The notes: generated by a model from the letters alone, not told the origin. Positions 8,797-18,448 are shown, counted from the stretch's first letter. The stretch is 64,000 nt of DNA from Eubacteriales bacterium (GCA_045594085.1 JAZNXW010000003.1:8668-72667), one strand, 5' to 3'. Translations and numbers: made by a program.

Positions 8797-10695
8797 ATGA
8801 TAAAAAAGATAATTTCCGTATTCAACAGCATCCCCGCAACAGTAGTGGCAGGTGTATTTTTACTTTTTGATCTGATCCCGCACGCAATCGAGGAATTTTC
8901 CGGTGCAGAGCCTGCCTTTTTTACCGCTATCCCGTTTGAATTTTCGTGGGTGACCGTCATCATATCGGGACTGCCGCTTTTATATCTCGCTGTGACACGC
9001 TTGATAAACAACCGCGGCATCTCAAAGATATCCTCGGCACTTCTCATTTCGATCGCAATGTTCGCCGCTATTGCAATCGGTGATATTTTCGCCGCAGGCG
9101 AGGTCGCGTTCATCATGGCGATAGGCGAGATCCTCGAGGATCTGACAACAGACCGCGCAAAAAAAGGACTCAAACAGCTCCTCAACCTCGTTCCGACGAC
9201 GGGCAGGCGCATCACCGATGCAGGCGAAGAGATCATCCCTGCCGAATCGATCAAGGTCGGAGACGTGATCCGCATCCTTCCCGGCGAGACAGTTCCCGTT
9301 GACGGAGTTATCACCGCAGGCGAGACCTCCATTGACCAATCTGTCATGACGGGCGAATCGCTTCCCATTGACAAATCAGTCGGTGACAGCGTATTCTGCG
9401 GCACAGTAAACCGCTTTGGCGCCGTTGACATAGTTGCATCAAAGATCGGCGAGGATTCCTCTCTCGGCAAGCTGATCCGCATGGTACGTGAGGCGGAGGA
9501 CAAAAAGGCGCCTATGCAGAGGATCGCGGACAAATGGGCAAGCTATCTTGTCCCCGTTGCGCTTCTGCTTGCGATCGTATTCGGTCTCATCAAGCGTGAC
9601 ATCGTCGTTGCCGTCACAATCCTCGTTGTATTCTGTCCGTGTGCGCTCGTTCTTGCGACTCCGACAGCAATTATGGCGGCGATCGGTCAGGCGACCAAGC
9701 ACGGCGTTATAATCAAATCGGGCGAAGCGCTCGAAAAGATGGGCAAGGTTGACACAGTTGCCCTCGACAAGACGGGCACGCTGACCTACGGCAAGCTTGA
9801 GGTTTCGGATGTGATCTCCGTTGAAGAAGGTCTCAATTCCCGCGCGTTGATCTCTCTTGTTGCGTCCGCGGAGGCGAAAAGCGAGCATCCGCTCGGCAAG
9901 GCGATCACAGCCTATGCGAGAGAGAACGACATAAGCATTTACGAAACCGAGGCTTTCTCGATGACATCCGGCAAGGGTGTTCGTGCCGATCTCGGCGGAG
10001 AGACGATCTTTGTCGGATCCGAAAAATATCTGAACGAAAACGGCTACGAAGTCACAGGAGAGGCAAGATCCGCGCTTGAAAAGTACCGTTCCGAGGGCAA
10101 AGCCGCCGTTATAGCGGCGAGTGAAGGCCGCATTTTCGGCGTTATCGCGCTTTCCGATACGATCCGTCCGAATGCTGACGGCATGGTACGCCGTCTCGAA
10201 TCCCTCGGTGCTGCGGCAGTTCTTCTCACGGGCGACAACAGAGCCGCCGCGGCTCATTTCGCCGAAAAAGCCTCCATTTCCGACGTTCGCGCCGAGCTTT
10301 TGCCCGAGGAAAAGGTATCCGCGATCGAGCAGATGCGCGAATCGGGCAGATGCGTTGCCATGATCGGTGACGGAGTCAACGACGCGCCCGCGCTCAAGAG
10401 CGCCGACGTCGGCATCGCGATGGGAGGCGTCGGCAGTGACATCGCAGTTGAAGCCGCCGACATCGCTCTGATCGGTGACGACATCTCGAAGATCCCCTAT
10501 CTTAAGCGTCTGTCCAATGCGACTATGCGCACGATCAAGTTCGGAATCTCGCTCTCACTTCTGATAAACTTAGCGGCGATCATTCTGTCATTTTTGCAGC
10601 TCCTCACCCCCACAACGGGAGCACTTGTACACAACGCAGGCTCATGTCTCGTTGTTTTGATCGCGGCTCTGCTCTATGACAGGAAATTTGAATAA
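8797..10695 (+). CDS. heavy-metal translocating P1B-type ATPase (Cd/Zn/Co-type), no N-terminal metal-binding domain
   Basis: CPC in FCPCALVLATP, DKTGTLT, TGDN, GDGVNDAPAL. Confidence 0.9.
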   Translation: MIKKIISVFNSIPATVVAGVFLLFDLIPHAIEEFSGAEPAFFTAIPFEFSWVTVIISGLPLLYLAVTRLINNRGISKISSALLISIAMFAAIAIGDIFAAGEVAFIMAIGEILEDLTTDRAKKGLKQLLNLVPTTGRRITDAGEEIIPAESIKVGDVIRILPGETVPVDGVITAGETSIDQSVMTGESLPIDKSVGDSVFCGTVNRFGAVDIVASKIGEDSSLGKLIRMVREAEDKKAPMQRIADKWASYLVPVALLLAIVFGLIKRDIVVAVTILVVFCPCALVLATPTAIMAAIGQATKHGVIIKSGEALEKMGKVDTVALDKTGTLTYGKLEVSDVISVEEGLNSRALISLVASAEAKSEHPLGKAITAYARENDISIYETEAFSMTSGKGVRADLGGETIFVGSEKYLNENGYEVTGEARSALEKYRSEGKAAVIAASEGRIFGVIALSDTIRPNADGMVRRLESLGAAAVLLTGDNRAAAAHFAEKASISDVRAELLPEEKVSAIEQMRESGRCVAMIGDGVNDAPALKSADVGIAMGGVGSDIAVEAADIALIGDDISKIPYLKRLSNATMRTIKFGISLSLLINLAAIILSFLQLLTPTTGALVHNAGSCLVVLIAALLYDRKFE

Positions 10696-10722
10696 CTTTT
10701 ACATATCACACGATCATTCATC

Positions 10723-10751
10723 TTGAAATCGTCACATTTTCGGTTTATAAT
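10723..10751 (+). promoter_or_regulatory. sigma-A-type promoter
   Basis: TTGAAA, 17-nt spacer, TATAAT, 38 nt upstream of the ATG. Confidence 0.55.
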
Positions 10752-10788
10752 GGTTGTATAAATCTCGTATTTTAAGGAGGACACGACT

Positions 10789-11739
10789 ATGCCCGGACCC
10801 GGAGGAGGATCACGAGGCGGAGGCTTCGGAGGAGGATCACGCGGTGGCGGCAGCTTTGGAGGCTCTCGTCCCGGCGGCAGCTTTGGAGGAAACAGACCCC
10901 CGATGGGAGGTTTGCATCACCGTCCCACTATCCACATCGGCGGTCACCGTCACCGTTGGAGTGTCGGTCGTCCCGGCTACGGCGGTTACGGCGGCGGTGG
11001 ATGCTCCGGATGTGCGTTTGTCCTCATTTTCATACTCATAATTATGATTATGATCTTCGGCTCGATCAGTTCAGCGATTTCCTCGTTTTTCAGCGGCGGC
11101 GATACTGAATACAGCGAGGAAAAACTCCAAGCATACGCAGATCAATGCTACGCTGAGGCGTTCGGATCGCTTTCATCCGCGTATGAGGACAACATTCTGA
11201 TCGTATTCCTCGTCAACGACGAATGTAACGATTTTTACACGATCGCGTGGGTTGGCGACAATATTCATACCGAAATAAACAATCTTTTCGGTGATGAGAC
11301 GACCGCATACGGCAACGCCGTCTTCTCATACGTTGACACAGGCTATTACGCGTACTCGCTCGACAGCGCGCTTGCATCCGTTATAGACACTATGGCAGAC
11401 GAGATTGGCGCGCTCGGTCTTGAATCCTCGTTCCGTGCAGAATCTGCAGGCGCGAAGGCAGATTCGCATTTCGTGAACAAAAGCGGACTTGCACTGACTG
11501 CGTCAACCGTTGACGCATCACTTGATGCGTTCACGGACGAGACAGGCATCCCCACCGTCATTGTCGTTGACACAATCGAGGACGTTTTCGGCAAAACGAT
11601 GTCATTCGGCACGATCTACACCGTACTCGGCGTATTTGCCGTGATCGGTGTTGTGATCTGGCTTATCGTGAGAAAAGCGAAGAAGAACACCGCCGATAAA
11701 GAAGACTCCTACATTGAAAGTGATTACGATGAAATGTAA
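10789..11739 (+). CDS. membrane protein with RGG/Gly-rich N-terminus and a weakly TPM-like external domain
   Basis: Strong RBS AAGGAGG. MPGPGGGSRGGGFGGGSRGGGSFGG... is followed by a TM helix, a roughly 190-aa domain, a second TM helix and a charged tail. Confidence 0.6.
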   Translation: MPGPGGGSRGGGFGGGSRGGGSFGGSRPGGSFGGNRPPMGGLHHRPTIHIGGHRHRWSVGRPGYGGYGGGGCSGCAFVLIFILIIMIMIFGSISSAISSFFSGGDTEYSEEKLQAYADQCYAEAFGSLSSAYEDNILIVFLVNDECNDFYTIAWVGDNIHTEINNLFGDETTAYGNAVFSYVDTGYYAYSLDSALASVIDTMADEIGALGLESSFRAESAGAKADSHFVNKSGLALTASTVDASLDAFTDETGIPTVIVVDTIEDVFGKTMSFGTIYTVLGVFAVIGVVIWLIVRKAKKNTADKEDSYIESDYDEM

Positions 11740-11767
11740 AAAAAGCACCCTTGCGGGTGCTTTTTTT
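11739..11767. terminator. bidirectional terminator
   Basis: aaaaaagcacccttgcgggtgcttttttt between convergent genes. Confidence 0.8.
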
Positions 11768-13280
11768 ATTGTAAATATTCAACGTATTCCTCAAGGCACA
11801 TGCCGAGAGTCTTCATTTGATACGCGTGATATCTGCCGACGTAGCGGTAATGCCACGGCTCAAACGTGATGCCGGTGATATTCGTTTTTCCGTCGGGGAA
11901 TCGGAGTACAAATCCGAATTTCCATGCGTTTTCGGTAAGCCACTCATATGCTTCCTCATTCTCAAACGCCCTCATCGCAGACGCGAGATTATGCATATCA
12001 ATGCAAAGACCTGTCTGATGCTCACTCGTACCGGGACGTGCGGAATACGTCTCCGTGATCGCTTCCGCTTCCGCTCGCGTAAGCGTAGGATCATCCTTCA
12101 TTTCCCTGTCCACGTACTGATTGAAAAGCTGACTCTGGTACGAATACGAGCGGTACGCGCTCGTAACGGATACGGGATATCCCGTAGGTCCGGGGTCATC
12201 GTATCCGCAGGCAAAGAGCTCAATAAAGAGCGCTTCGAGCGATTTTGCGGCATAAAGACGCAGCTTTTGCGCGTTTCTGCCGTCTTTTCTCGTATTCGTG
12301 ACCTCAATGAGGTCATCGGGGATATAAGTTTCGTCAAGCTTGCTCCACGCATTGACAAGCACAAGATACGCATCTCTGTCCGCAGGATTCATATACATCT
12401 CATATTCGGACAGATCGGACACAAACTCCGCGATCGGCACCTCAGGCTCGGGCTCGTCGCCCGTTTCGGTATCCGTAGACGGCTCTGTTGTATCGCCGTA
12501 ATCCGTTTCCTCGGAAACGGGAGGCACTATATCAGCCGGCTTGAGCACGAACGTGACCTCGCCCTTTTTTTCAAGAGCTACCGTATGTTTTTCCTCGTCG
12601 AGCGTTACGTTTACGCCTACAACGCATTCCGTGAGAAAGGAAAGCGGCACAAGTATCTCACTTTCCGACGAATAGACCGCGTCTGCCTCCATTCTGTACG
12701 AGAAAGAATTGACTGACAAAACGGACGTACCGACGGTAAGTGCTATCTCCTCTGCGCCCTCGGATGTAACGAATCTGCGTTCGTCTCCACTGCCTGTCAG
12801 CGTGAATCCCACAGCGTCTGCAAATTTCGTAAAATTCACGTACAATACGCCGTTGCGGACCGAATCCTCGGCGTTTTGCTTCCACGACGCTGTTTCTTCG
12901 CCGTCATCGATATACGTATACTTATATGAGTAAGGCGCGGCGCCCGCGTCCGGCGGGACCTTTGTGAGCCAGAACGAGACAGCCACGCACAAAAGCGCGA
13001 CCGCAAGTATGATTAGGAAAATGACGGCGAAAAGAATGAATCTTTGACCTAAGATTCGCGCTTCTTTTTGACGGCGACGCTTTTCGGCTGCTTTTCTGCG
13101 CCTTTCCTTTTCGGCATAGATGCGCTTTTGTGCCGCCAGCTTTGCCGCGCGCTCTCGTTCTGCGGCGAGTTTTGCCGCCTCTGCCTGACGTATACGTTCT
13201 CGCTCCGCGGCGGCCTTCTGTTCGGCAAAATACCTCTCGCGAGGAGTCATTCTGCCATTATTTCTGTTACCGTTATTCAT
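11766..13280 (-). CDS. VanY/M15B-family D-alanyl-D-alanine carboxypeptidase with coiled-coil N-terminus, TM helix and Cu-amine-oxidase-N-like stalk domain
   Basis: SAYRSYSYQ, SEHQTGLCIDM and EPWHYRYVG zinc-peptidase motifs in the C-terminal domain. Confidence 0.85.
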   Translation of the reverse strand: MNNGNRNNGRMTPRERYFAEQKAAAERERIRQAEAAKLAAERERAAKLAAQKRIYAEKERRRKAAEKRRRQKEARILGQRFILFAVIFLIILAVALLCVAVSFWLTKVPPDAGAAPYSYKYTYIDDGEETASWKQNAEDSVRNGVLYVNFTKFADAVGFTLTGSGDERRFVTSEGAEEIALTVGTSVLSVNSFSYRMEADAVYSSESEILVPLSFLTECVVGVNVTLDEEKHTVALEKKGEVTFVLKPADIVPPVSEETDYGDTTEPSTDTETGDEPEPEVPIAEFVSDLSEYEMYMNPADRDAYLVLVNAWSKLDETYIPDDLIEVTNTRKDGRNAQKLRLYAAKSLEALFIELFACGYDDPGPTGYPVSVTSAYRSYSYQSQLFNQYVDREMKDDPTLTRAEAEAITETYSARPGTSEHQTGLCIDMHNLASAMRAFENEEAYEWLTENAWKFGFVLRFPDGKTNITGITFEPWHYRYVGRYHAYQMKTLGMCLEEYVEYLQ

Positions 13281-13855
13281 TATTTCTTTTCAACAAGAGT
13301 AAAATACGGAGCTGTGGGCGAATTAACGATCTTGATCTCCGTACAGCAGATGGCGCGTCTGTCGAGCGTAGCGAAATATTCGCGGAGCTCCTGACCTTCA
13401 AGATCCCCCTCCGCGTGTCCGGGATAGACAGCCACGGTAAGCGCTCCGCCGTGATCGAGCATCTCGATCGCGGAGGCTACTGCGGGCATCGTTGTCTCTC
13501 GCATCGTGGTTCGGGATTTATCGCCGCCGGGCATAAATCCGAGGTTGAACATACCGACGTTGATCGGTTCCTTGACATATTCCGGTGCATTTGAATGCGA
13601 ATCGAGGATGAGCGTCACGTTATCGGGGCAGCCCTCCTTCTCAAGAGTCTTTTTCGTTGATTCGAGCGCCTCCGGTTGAATATCGAAGGCATAGACCTTT
13701 CCGTCGGGACCGACAGCATCGGAAAGGAATGCCGTATCGTGACCGTTGCCCATTGTAAAATCTACGGCAACGCCGCCTTTTTTGACGTGACGGAGCAAGA
13801 ACTCCTTCTGCGTCATCAAAAGGTCAAGCATTTCACCGAATTTTCCCATATACAT
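13280..13855 (-). CDS. class I SAM-dependent methyltransferase, YtqB/putative RNA methylase family
   Basis: VDFTMGNGHDT... pattern of PF06962-type methylases. The stop overlaps the vanY-like start (TAATG). Confidence 0.7.
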   Translation of the reverse strand: MYMGKFGEMLDLLMTQKEFLLRHVKKGGVAVDFTMGNGHDTAFLSDAVGPDGKVYAFDIQPEALESTKKTLEKEGCPDNVTLILDSHSNAPEYVKEPINVGMFNLGFMPGGDKSRTTMRETTMPAVASAIEMLDHGGALTVAVYPGHAEGDLEGQELREYFATLDRRAICCTEIKIVNSPTAPYFTLVEKK

Positions 13856-13874
13856 ACAGGTTACCTACTGTTTA

Positions 13875-14459
13875 TTATTTTGTTTTCGCCATTTTCTGCC
13901 CGAGACGGAATGCGGCGACGTTCAGATCGAGTGCTTTTTTGGGAACACACGCACACATAGAATCGAAGAGCTTATCCTCATCGAGTCCGAGCTCTGCGGC
14001 GGCAAGACCGATCATAACGACGTTGGACGCTTTGGTGTTACCGAGAGATTCGGCTGCAGAAAGAGCGTCGGCGGAGATGATCTTTGCTCCCGTAGCGGCT
14101 ATCTTTTCGATGATCGCTTCAGGATACTGCGTTGCGCCCGAAACGACGGGCATCGGATTGATCTTCTGTGTGGACGTAACGACAACTCCGTCGGGTGCGA
14201 GGTATTCGAGGTATCTTCCGGCTTCAAGAGTCTCGAAGCTGAGGATCACGTCCGCTTCGCCGCGGCAAATGATAGGAGAATGTACGTTTTCGCCGTAGCG
14301 GACGTACGTGATGACGGATCCGCCTCTCTGCGACATTCCATGGACCTCAGAGACCTTGACCTCATAGCCCGATGTGATGGCGGCACCGCCGATGATCCTT
14401 GCGGCAAGGAGAGTCCCCTGGCCGCCTACGCCTGTTATAAGTATGCTTTTAGTTTTCAT
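13875..14459 (-). CDS. iorB: indolepyruvate ferredoxin oxidoreductase subunit beta
   Basis: ILITGVGGQGTLLAARIIG. The start is placed at ATG 14459 (RBS AAGGGAGA), 13 nt after the iorA stop. Confidence 0.85.
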   Translation of the reverse strand: MKTKSILITGVGGQGTLLAARIIGGAAITSGYEVKVSEVHGMSQRGGSVITYVRYGENVHSPIICRGEADVILSFETLEAGRYLEYLAPDGVVVTSTQKINPMPVVSGATQYPEAIIEKIAATGAKIISADALSAAESLGNTKASNVVMIGLAAAELGLDEDKLFDSMCACVPKKALDLNVAAFRLGQKMAKTK

Positions 14460-14472
14460 TTTTGTTCTCCCT

Positions 14473-16200
14473 TCAGCCGATCGCATTGAAACGGCACATC
14501 TGCATGCAGAGCTCACAGCCCGTGCAGAGAGACGCGTCGATATGAGCTTTTCCGTCAGAGAAGCTGACAGCGGGGCACGCGATCTTCATGCACGCCTTGC
14601 ATCCGCGGCAAGCGTCGGGATCGATCGCAAGCGGCTTTTTCTTAGGCACGCTCTTGAGAAGCGCGCACGGACGGCGGCAGATGACGACGGAGGGCGTTCC
14701 GCTCGTGAGTTCGGCCTTGACGCTCTCTTCGAGCTCTTTCATATTGTTGGGATCGACGACCTTGATATGATCCTCGGGCACGCCGACGGCGGCACAAAGC
14801 TTTTCGAGGTCAAGTGAGGGAGCGGGATCGTTTTTGAGTGTGAATCCCGTACAGGGATTCTGCTGATGTCCCGTCATACCGGTGATATGGTTATCGAGGA
14901 TAAGCACGGTGGAGTTACCGTTATTATAAACGATATTGATGAGTCCCGTGATTCCGGAATGGACGAAGGTGGAGTCACCGATGACGGCAACGGTTGCGCT
15001 CTCATCACCTCTGACCTTATTTCTGCCGTGAAGTCCGGACACGCTTGCGCCCATACAGAGTGTTGTATCGACGCTTGCAAGAGGTGCAACTGCACCGAGC
15101 GTATAGCATCCGATGTCACCGATGACTGTCACTCCGAGCTTTTTGAGCGTATAGAACACGGGTCTGTGAGGACAGCCGGGGCAAAGCACGGGCGGACGCG
15201 GCGGCATCTTTTCGTCGAGCGATCTGCATTCTGGTGTGACACCGAGGATCGCCTTTTTAATGAGCTCGGACGAAAATTCACCCTCAATCGGCAGGATATT
15301 TTTGCCGTCGCACTCGATTCCGAGCGCCTTGACGTACGTTTCGATTACGGGATCAAGCTCCTCGACAACGATGACTCTTTCAACCGATTCCGCAAAGTCA
15401 CGTATGAGCTTTTCGGGAAGCGGATTGACAAGACCGAGTTTGAGATAAGAAACCGAATCTCCGAAGGCTTCCTTTGCGTATATGTAGGACGTTCCCGCGG
15501 TGATAATACCGATATTACCGTCCCCGCCGGCCTCGATTCTGTTAAGAGGAGTCGATTCTGCGTATTCGGCGAGCTCGCGGAGCTTGCCTTCAAGAACCGT
15601 ATGTCTGCCCTTTGCATTTGCAGGCATCATAACGTACTTTGCCGCGTTCTTTTCATAAGGAAGGACGTGGTGCTCGACGCGCTCGGAGAGCTCTACTGCG
15701 CTTTGAGAGTGAGCGATTCTTGTGGATGTGCGGAGAATGAACGGGATGTCGTACTTTTCGGAAAGATCGTAAGCGAGCTTGACAAATTCAAGGCATTCCG
15801 CGGAATCGGACGGCTCTACCATCGGGAGCTTTGCCGCCTGCGCGTAATGTCTGCTGTCCTGTTCGTTCTGCGAGGAATGCATACCGGGGTCATCAGCGAC
15901 GCCGATCACAAATCCCGCGTTGATGCCCGTATAGGACGATACGAACAGCGGATCTGCCGCCACGTTGAGTCCGACGTGCTTCATCGCGGTAAAGGCTCTG
16001 CCTCCGCCGATAGCGGCACCGAACGCCGATTCGAATGCAACCTTTTCGTTAGGTGCCCATTCTGCGTACATTTCGTCATAGGTTGCGGCGTATTCCGTTA
16101 TTTCCGTGCTGGGCGTACCGGGATAGCTTGAGATGAAGCGCACTCCCGCTTCATAAAGGCCTCTTGCGACAGCCTCGTTACCGAGCATAAGTTTTTTCAT
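14473..16200 (-). CDS. iorA: indolepyruvate ferredoxin oxidoreductase subunit alpha
   Basis: TPP motif GDSTFVHSG and a C-terminal 2x[4Fe-4S] region CRGCKACMKIACPA...CTGCELCMQMC. Confidence 0.9.
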   Translation of the reverse strand: MKKLMLGNEAVARGLYEAGVRFISSYPGTPSTEITEYAATYDEMYAEWAPNEKVAFESAFGAAIGGGRAFTAMKHVGLNVAADPLFVSSYTGINAGFVIGVADDPGMHSSQNEQDSRHYAQAAKLPMVEPSDSAECLEFVKLAYDLSEKYDIPFILRTSTRIAHSQSAVELSERVEHHVLPYEKNAAKYVMMPANAKGRHTVLEGKLRELAEYAESTPLNRIEAGGDGNIGIITAGTSYIYAKEAFGDSVSYLKLGLVNPLPEKLIRDFAESVERVIVVEELDPVIETYVKALGIECDGKNILPIEGEFSSELIKKAILGVTPECRSLDEKMPPRPPVLCPGCPHRPVFYTLKKLGVTVIGDIGCYTLGAVAPLASVDTTLCMGASVSGLHGRNKVRGDESATVAVIGDSTFVHSGITGLINIVYNNGNSTVLILDNHITGMTGHQQNPCTGFTLKNDPAPSLDLEKLCAAVGVPEDHIKVVDPNNMKELEESVKAELTSGTPSVVICRRPCALLKSVPKKKPLAIDPDACRGCKACMKIACPAVSFSDGKAHIDASLCTGCELCMQMCRFNAIG

Positions 16201-16236
16201 AGTAATTGTTCCCTTCGATTTGAATCTGAATTGATC

Positions 16237-17502
16237 TTACTTAACGAAATCGAACTCGAAATCGTATACGGAAACGGTGTCTCCGTTTTTGCATCCGTGC
16301 TCCTCCAGAAGATCGATGACTCCGTATTTATTGAGCACGCGTCCGAAATATGCGAGGGATTCTCTGTCATAGGGATTGACCTGACCGAGCAGATTGAAGA
16401 GCCACTCTCCTTCGACAACGTAAACGTCGCCCTCCTTGCGGACGGTCGTTTCGACACCCTTGATCTCGATCTCCTCCTCTTCCTCCGCTTCATATACGGT
16501 GACGGGAGGCAGGTCGCGGAGCTTTTCTCCGATGACGTTGACGAAGTTTTTCATATTTTCGCCCGTTGCGGCGGAAATATAGATGAGATCCCAGCCGTTC
16601 TCACGGACGTAAGCCTCGAATCGCTCAACGTCTACGATCTCGAGATCAAGTGCATCACATTTATTTGCCGCGATCATCTGTGGGCGCGATGCAAGCTCGG
16701 GAGAATAACGGCGGAGCTCTTCGTTGATCTTTTCGATATCATCGACAGGGTCTCTTCCCTCCGTTGACGCAACGTCAACGACGTGAACGAGCATGCGGCA
16801 ACGGTCGATATGACGGAGGAAGGAATGGCCGAGGCCGAGGCCGTCTGCGGCGCCCTCGATAAGTCCGGGGATATCAGCGGCGACGAATCCGTTTTCGCCG
16901 TAGGAGACAACACCGAGATTGGGCGAGAGTGTCGTGAAGTGATACTGCGCGATCTTCGGCCTTGCGGCTGAGATCTGCGCAAGGATCGAGGATTTACCGA
17001 CGCTGGGCATACCGATAAGCCCGACGTCTGCGATCATTTTAAGCTCGAGTGTGACCTCGCGCTCCTCGCCCTTTGTTCCGCTTTTCGCAAAGCGTGGGAT
17101 CTGACGCGTGGGAGTTGCGAAATGGCGGTTGCCCCAACCGCCTCTGCCACCTTTGCAGAGTGTGAACGGCTTGCCGTCCGACATATCGTGAATGACGGCG
17201 CCCGTTTTGGCGTTTTTGATTACGGTGCCGTGAGGAACGGGAATGACGAGATCGGGCGCGGTCTTGCCGTGCATCTTGCCGCCTTTGCCGTTTTCTCCGT
17301 TTTCGGCAATGAATTTCTTTCTGTATCTAAAGGCAAGAAGCGTATTCGTGCCCTCATCGACTGTGAAGACGATATTTCCGCCTTTTCCGCCGTCGCCGCC
17401 ATCGGGACCACCCTTGGAGACGTATTTTTCGCGATGGAACGAGACGGCACCGTTACCGCCGTCGCCCGCTTTGACATAAATCGTTACATTATCAACAAAC
17501 AT
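16237..17502 (-). CDS. obg: GTPase Obg/CgtA
   Basis: Gly-rich Obg fold (GGDGGKGG), G1 GMPSVGKSS, DIPGLIEGA, and a C-terminal OCT domain. Confidence 0.95.
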   Translation of the reverse strand: MFVDNVTIYVKAGDGGNGAVSFHREKYVSKGGPDGGDGGKGGNIVFTVDEGTNTLLAFRYRKKFIAENGENGKGGKMHGKTAPDLVIPVPHGTVIKNAKTGAVIHDMSDGKPFTLCKGGRGGWGNRHFATPTRQIPRFAKSGTKGEEREVTLELKMIADVGLIGMPSVGKSSILAQISAARPKIAQYHFTTLSPNLGVVSYGENGFVAADIPGLIEGAADGLGLGHSFLRHIDRCRMLVHVVDVASTEGRDPVDDIEKINEELRRYSPELASRPQMIAANKCDALDLEIVDVERFEAYVRENGWDLIYISAATGENMKNFVNVIGEKLRDLPPVTVYEAEEEEEIEIKGVETTVRKEGDVYVVEGEWLFNLLGQVNPYDRESLAYFGRVLNKYGVIDLLEEHGCKNGDTVSVYDFEFDFVK

Positions 17503-17635
17503 ATATACCTCACATTGATGCGCTCGTGGCGCACAATTATCCTATTTTAATATAATCAGTTTATTATAACACAGATTATCGGCAAATGAAAGCGTTTGGG
17601 GCAAGATTTTTCGGCACACGGGGATTTTTCGGCAT

Positions 17636-17665
17636 AAAAAAAGACTCCCGAGGGAGTCTTTTTTT
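17636..17665. terminator. bidirectional terminator
   Basis: aaaaaaagactcccgagggagtcttttttt. Confidence 0.8.
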
Positions 17666-17677
17666 ATTCAAGAAAGA

Positions 17678-18376
17678 TTAGTGCTTCTTTACGATGTAAG
17701 CGCCGGAGAGAACTGCTACTACAGAGAGGATAGCTGCTGCAACGCCGGTCTGAGGAGCGTTTTCTTCTTCCTCAGCGGGCTCATCGGGAGTTTCGGTGGG
17801 CTCGTCGGGAGTTTCGGTGGGCTCATCGGGAGTTTCTACAACGTCAGCTTCGGTGAGGTTCCACTCGAGGTAGAGAACGTTGATTGCCTTGTAGGTGCTG
17901 TTGTCGAAGTTTTCAACGTTGGTAAGAGTAACGGTGTGCTCGCCTGCGTCGAGGTGAACATTGATGGTAGCGAGAGCGTATACGCCCCAGTCACCGGTGT
18001 TGAGGTTTTCGAAGGTTTCTACTTCTTCGCCGTCAACGGAGATAACGAAGCATCTGTTCTGGCCTTCCTTGCCCTTTGCAGCGTAACGAACGATAACGTC
18101 GTAGTCGCCTGCGGTTTCAACTTCTACGGGGAAGGAGATGAAAGCATCGGAGAACGTGCCGTCACCATTGTCCTGCGGTCCGAGACCGAGAACGCCGCCG
18201 TTTTCGTCAGCTTCGGTGCCCTTACCGGTCTGGAGGCTCATGTTACCGAGTGCATCGTAATCGGTGCCGGAAACGAGGTCCTTAGCGTAGATCTTGCCAG
18301 TGTCTGCTGCGAATACAGAAACGGACATAACTGCGATCATCATAACAGCGATCGCGATTGTGAGAATCTTTTTCAT
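17678..18376 (-). CDS. secreted protein with a CBM6/35-like domain only, and a C-terminal APQTG + hydrophobic + KKH sorting-like signal
   Basis: Signal peptide ...SVFA/AD. CBM-like core YDVIVRYAAKGKEGQNRCFVISVDGEEV...TGDWGVY...LDAGEHTVTL, TPDEPTE x3 linker, then APQTGVAAAILSVVAVLSGAYIVKKH. Confidence 0.7.
   Translation of the reverse strand: MKKILTIAIAVMMIAVMSVSVFAADTGKIYAKDLVSGTDYDALGNMSLQTGKGTEADENGGVLGLGPQDNGDGTFSDAFISFPVEVETAGDYDVIVRYAAKGKEGQNRCFVISVDGEEVETFENLNTGDWGVYALATINVHLDAGEHTVTLTNVENFDNSTYKAINVLYLEWNLTEADVVETPDEPTETPDEPTETPDEPAEEEENAPQTGVAAAILSVVAVLSGAYIVKKH
17777..17836. repeat. 21-bp tandem repeat (about 2.9 copies) encoding the TPDEPTE linker
   Basis: gggctcatcgggagtttcggt / gggctcgtcgggagtttcggt / gggctcatcgggagtttc. 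Confidence 0.85.
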
Positions 18377-18448
18377 GATTTTCTCCTCATTTTAATAATT
18401 TTTTTATTTTCAAGCCTTATGGCTTTACTCATCATGGGTTTTTACCGA

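Noticed and set aside
8772-9533. 253-aa minus-strand ORF.
   Set aside because: It is antisense to the 5' part of the P1B-ATPase gene. Its Ser/Pro/Ala-rich product is typical of mirror frames.
10754-11041. Alternative-frame 95-aa ORF over the Gly-rich region.
   Set aside because: The frame starting at 10789 has a strong AAGGAGG RBS and continues for 316 codons through TM helices. The alternative frame ends inside the repeat region.
14866-16131. 421-aa plus-strand ORF.
   Set aside because: It is antisense to iorA, which has TPP and ferredoxin motifs on the minus strand. The product is Cys/Arg-rich nonsense text.
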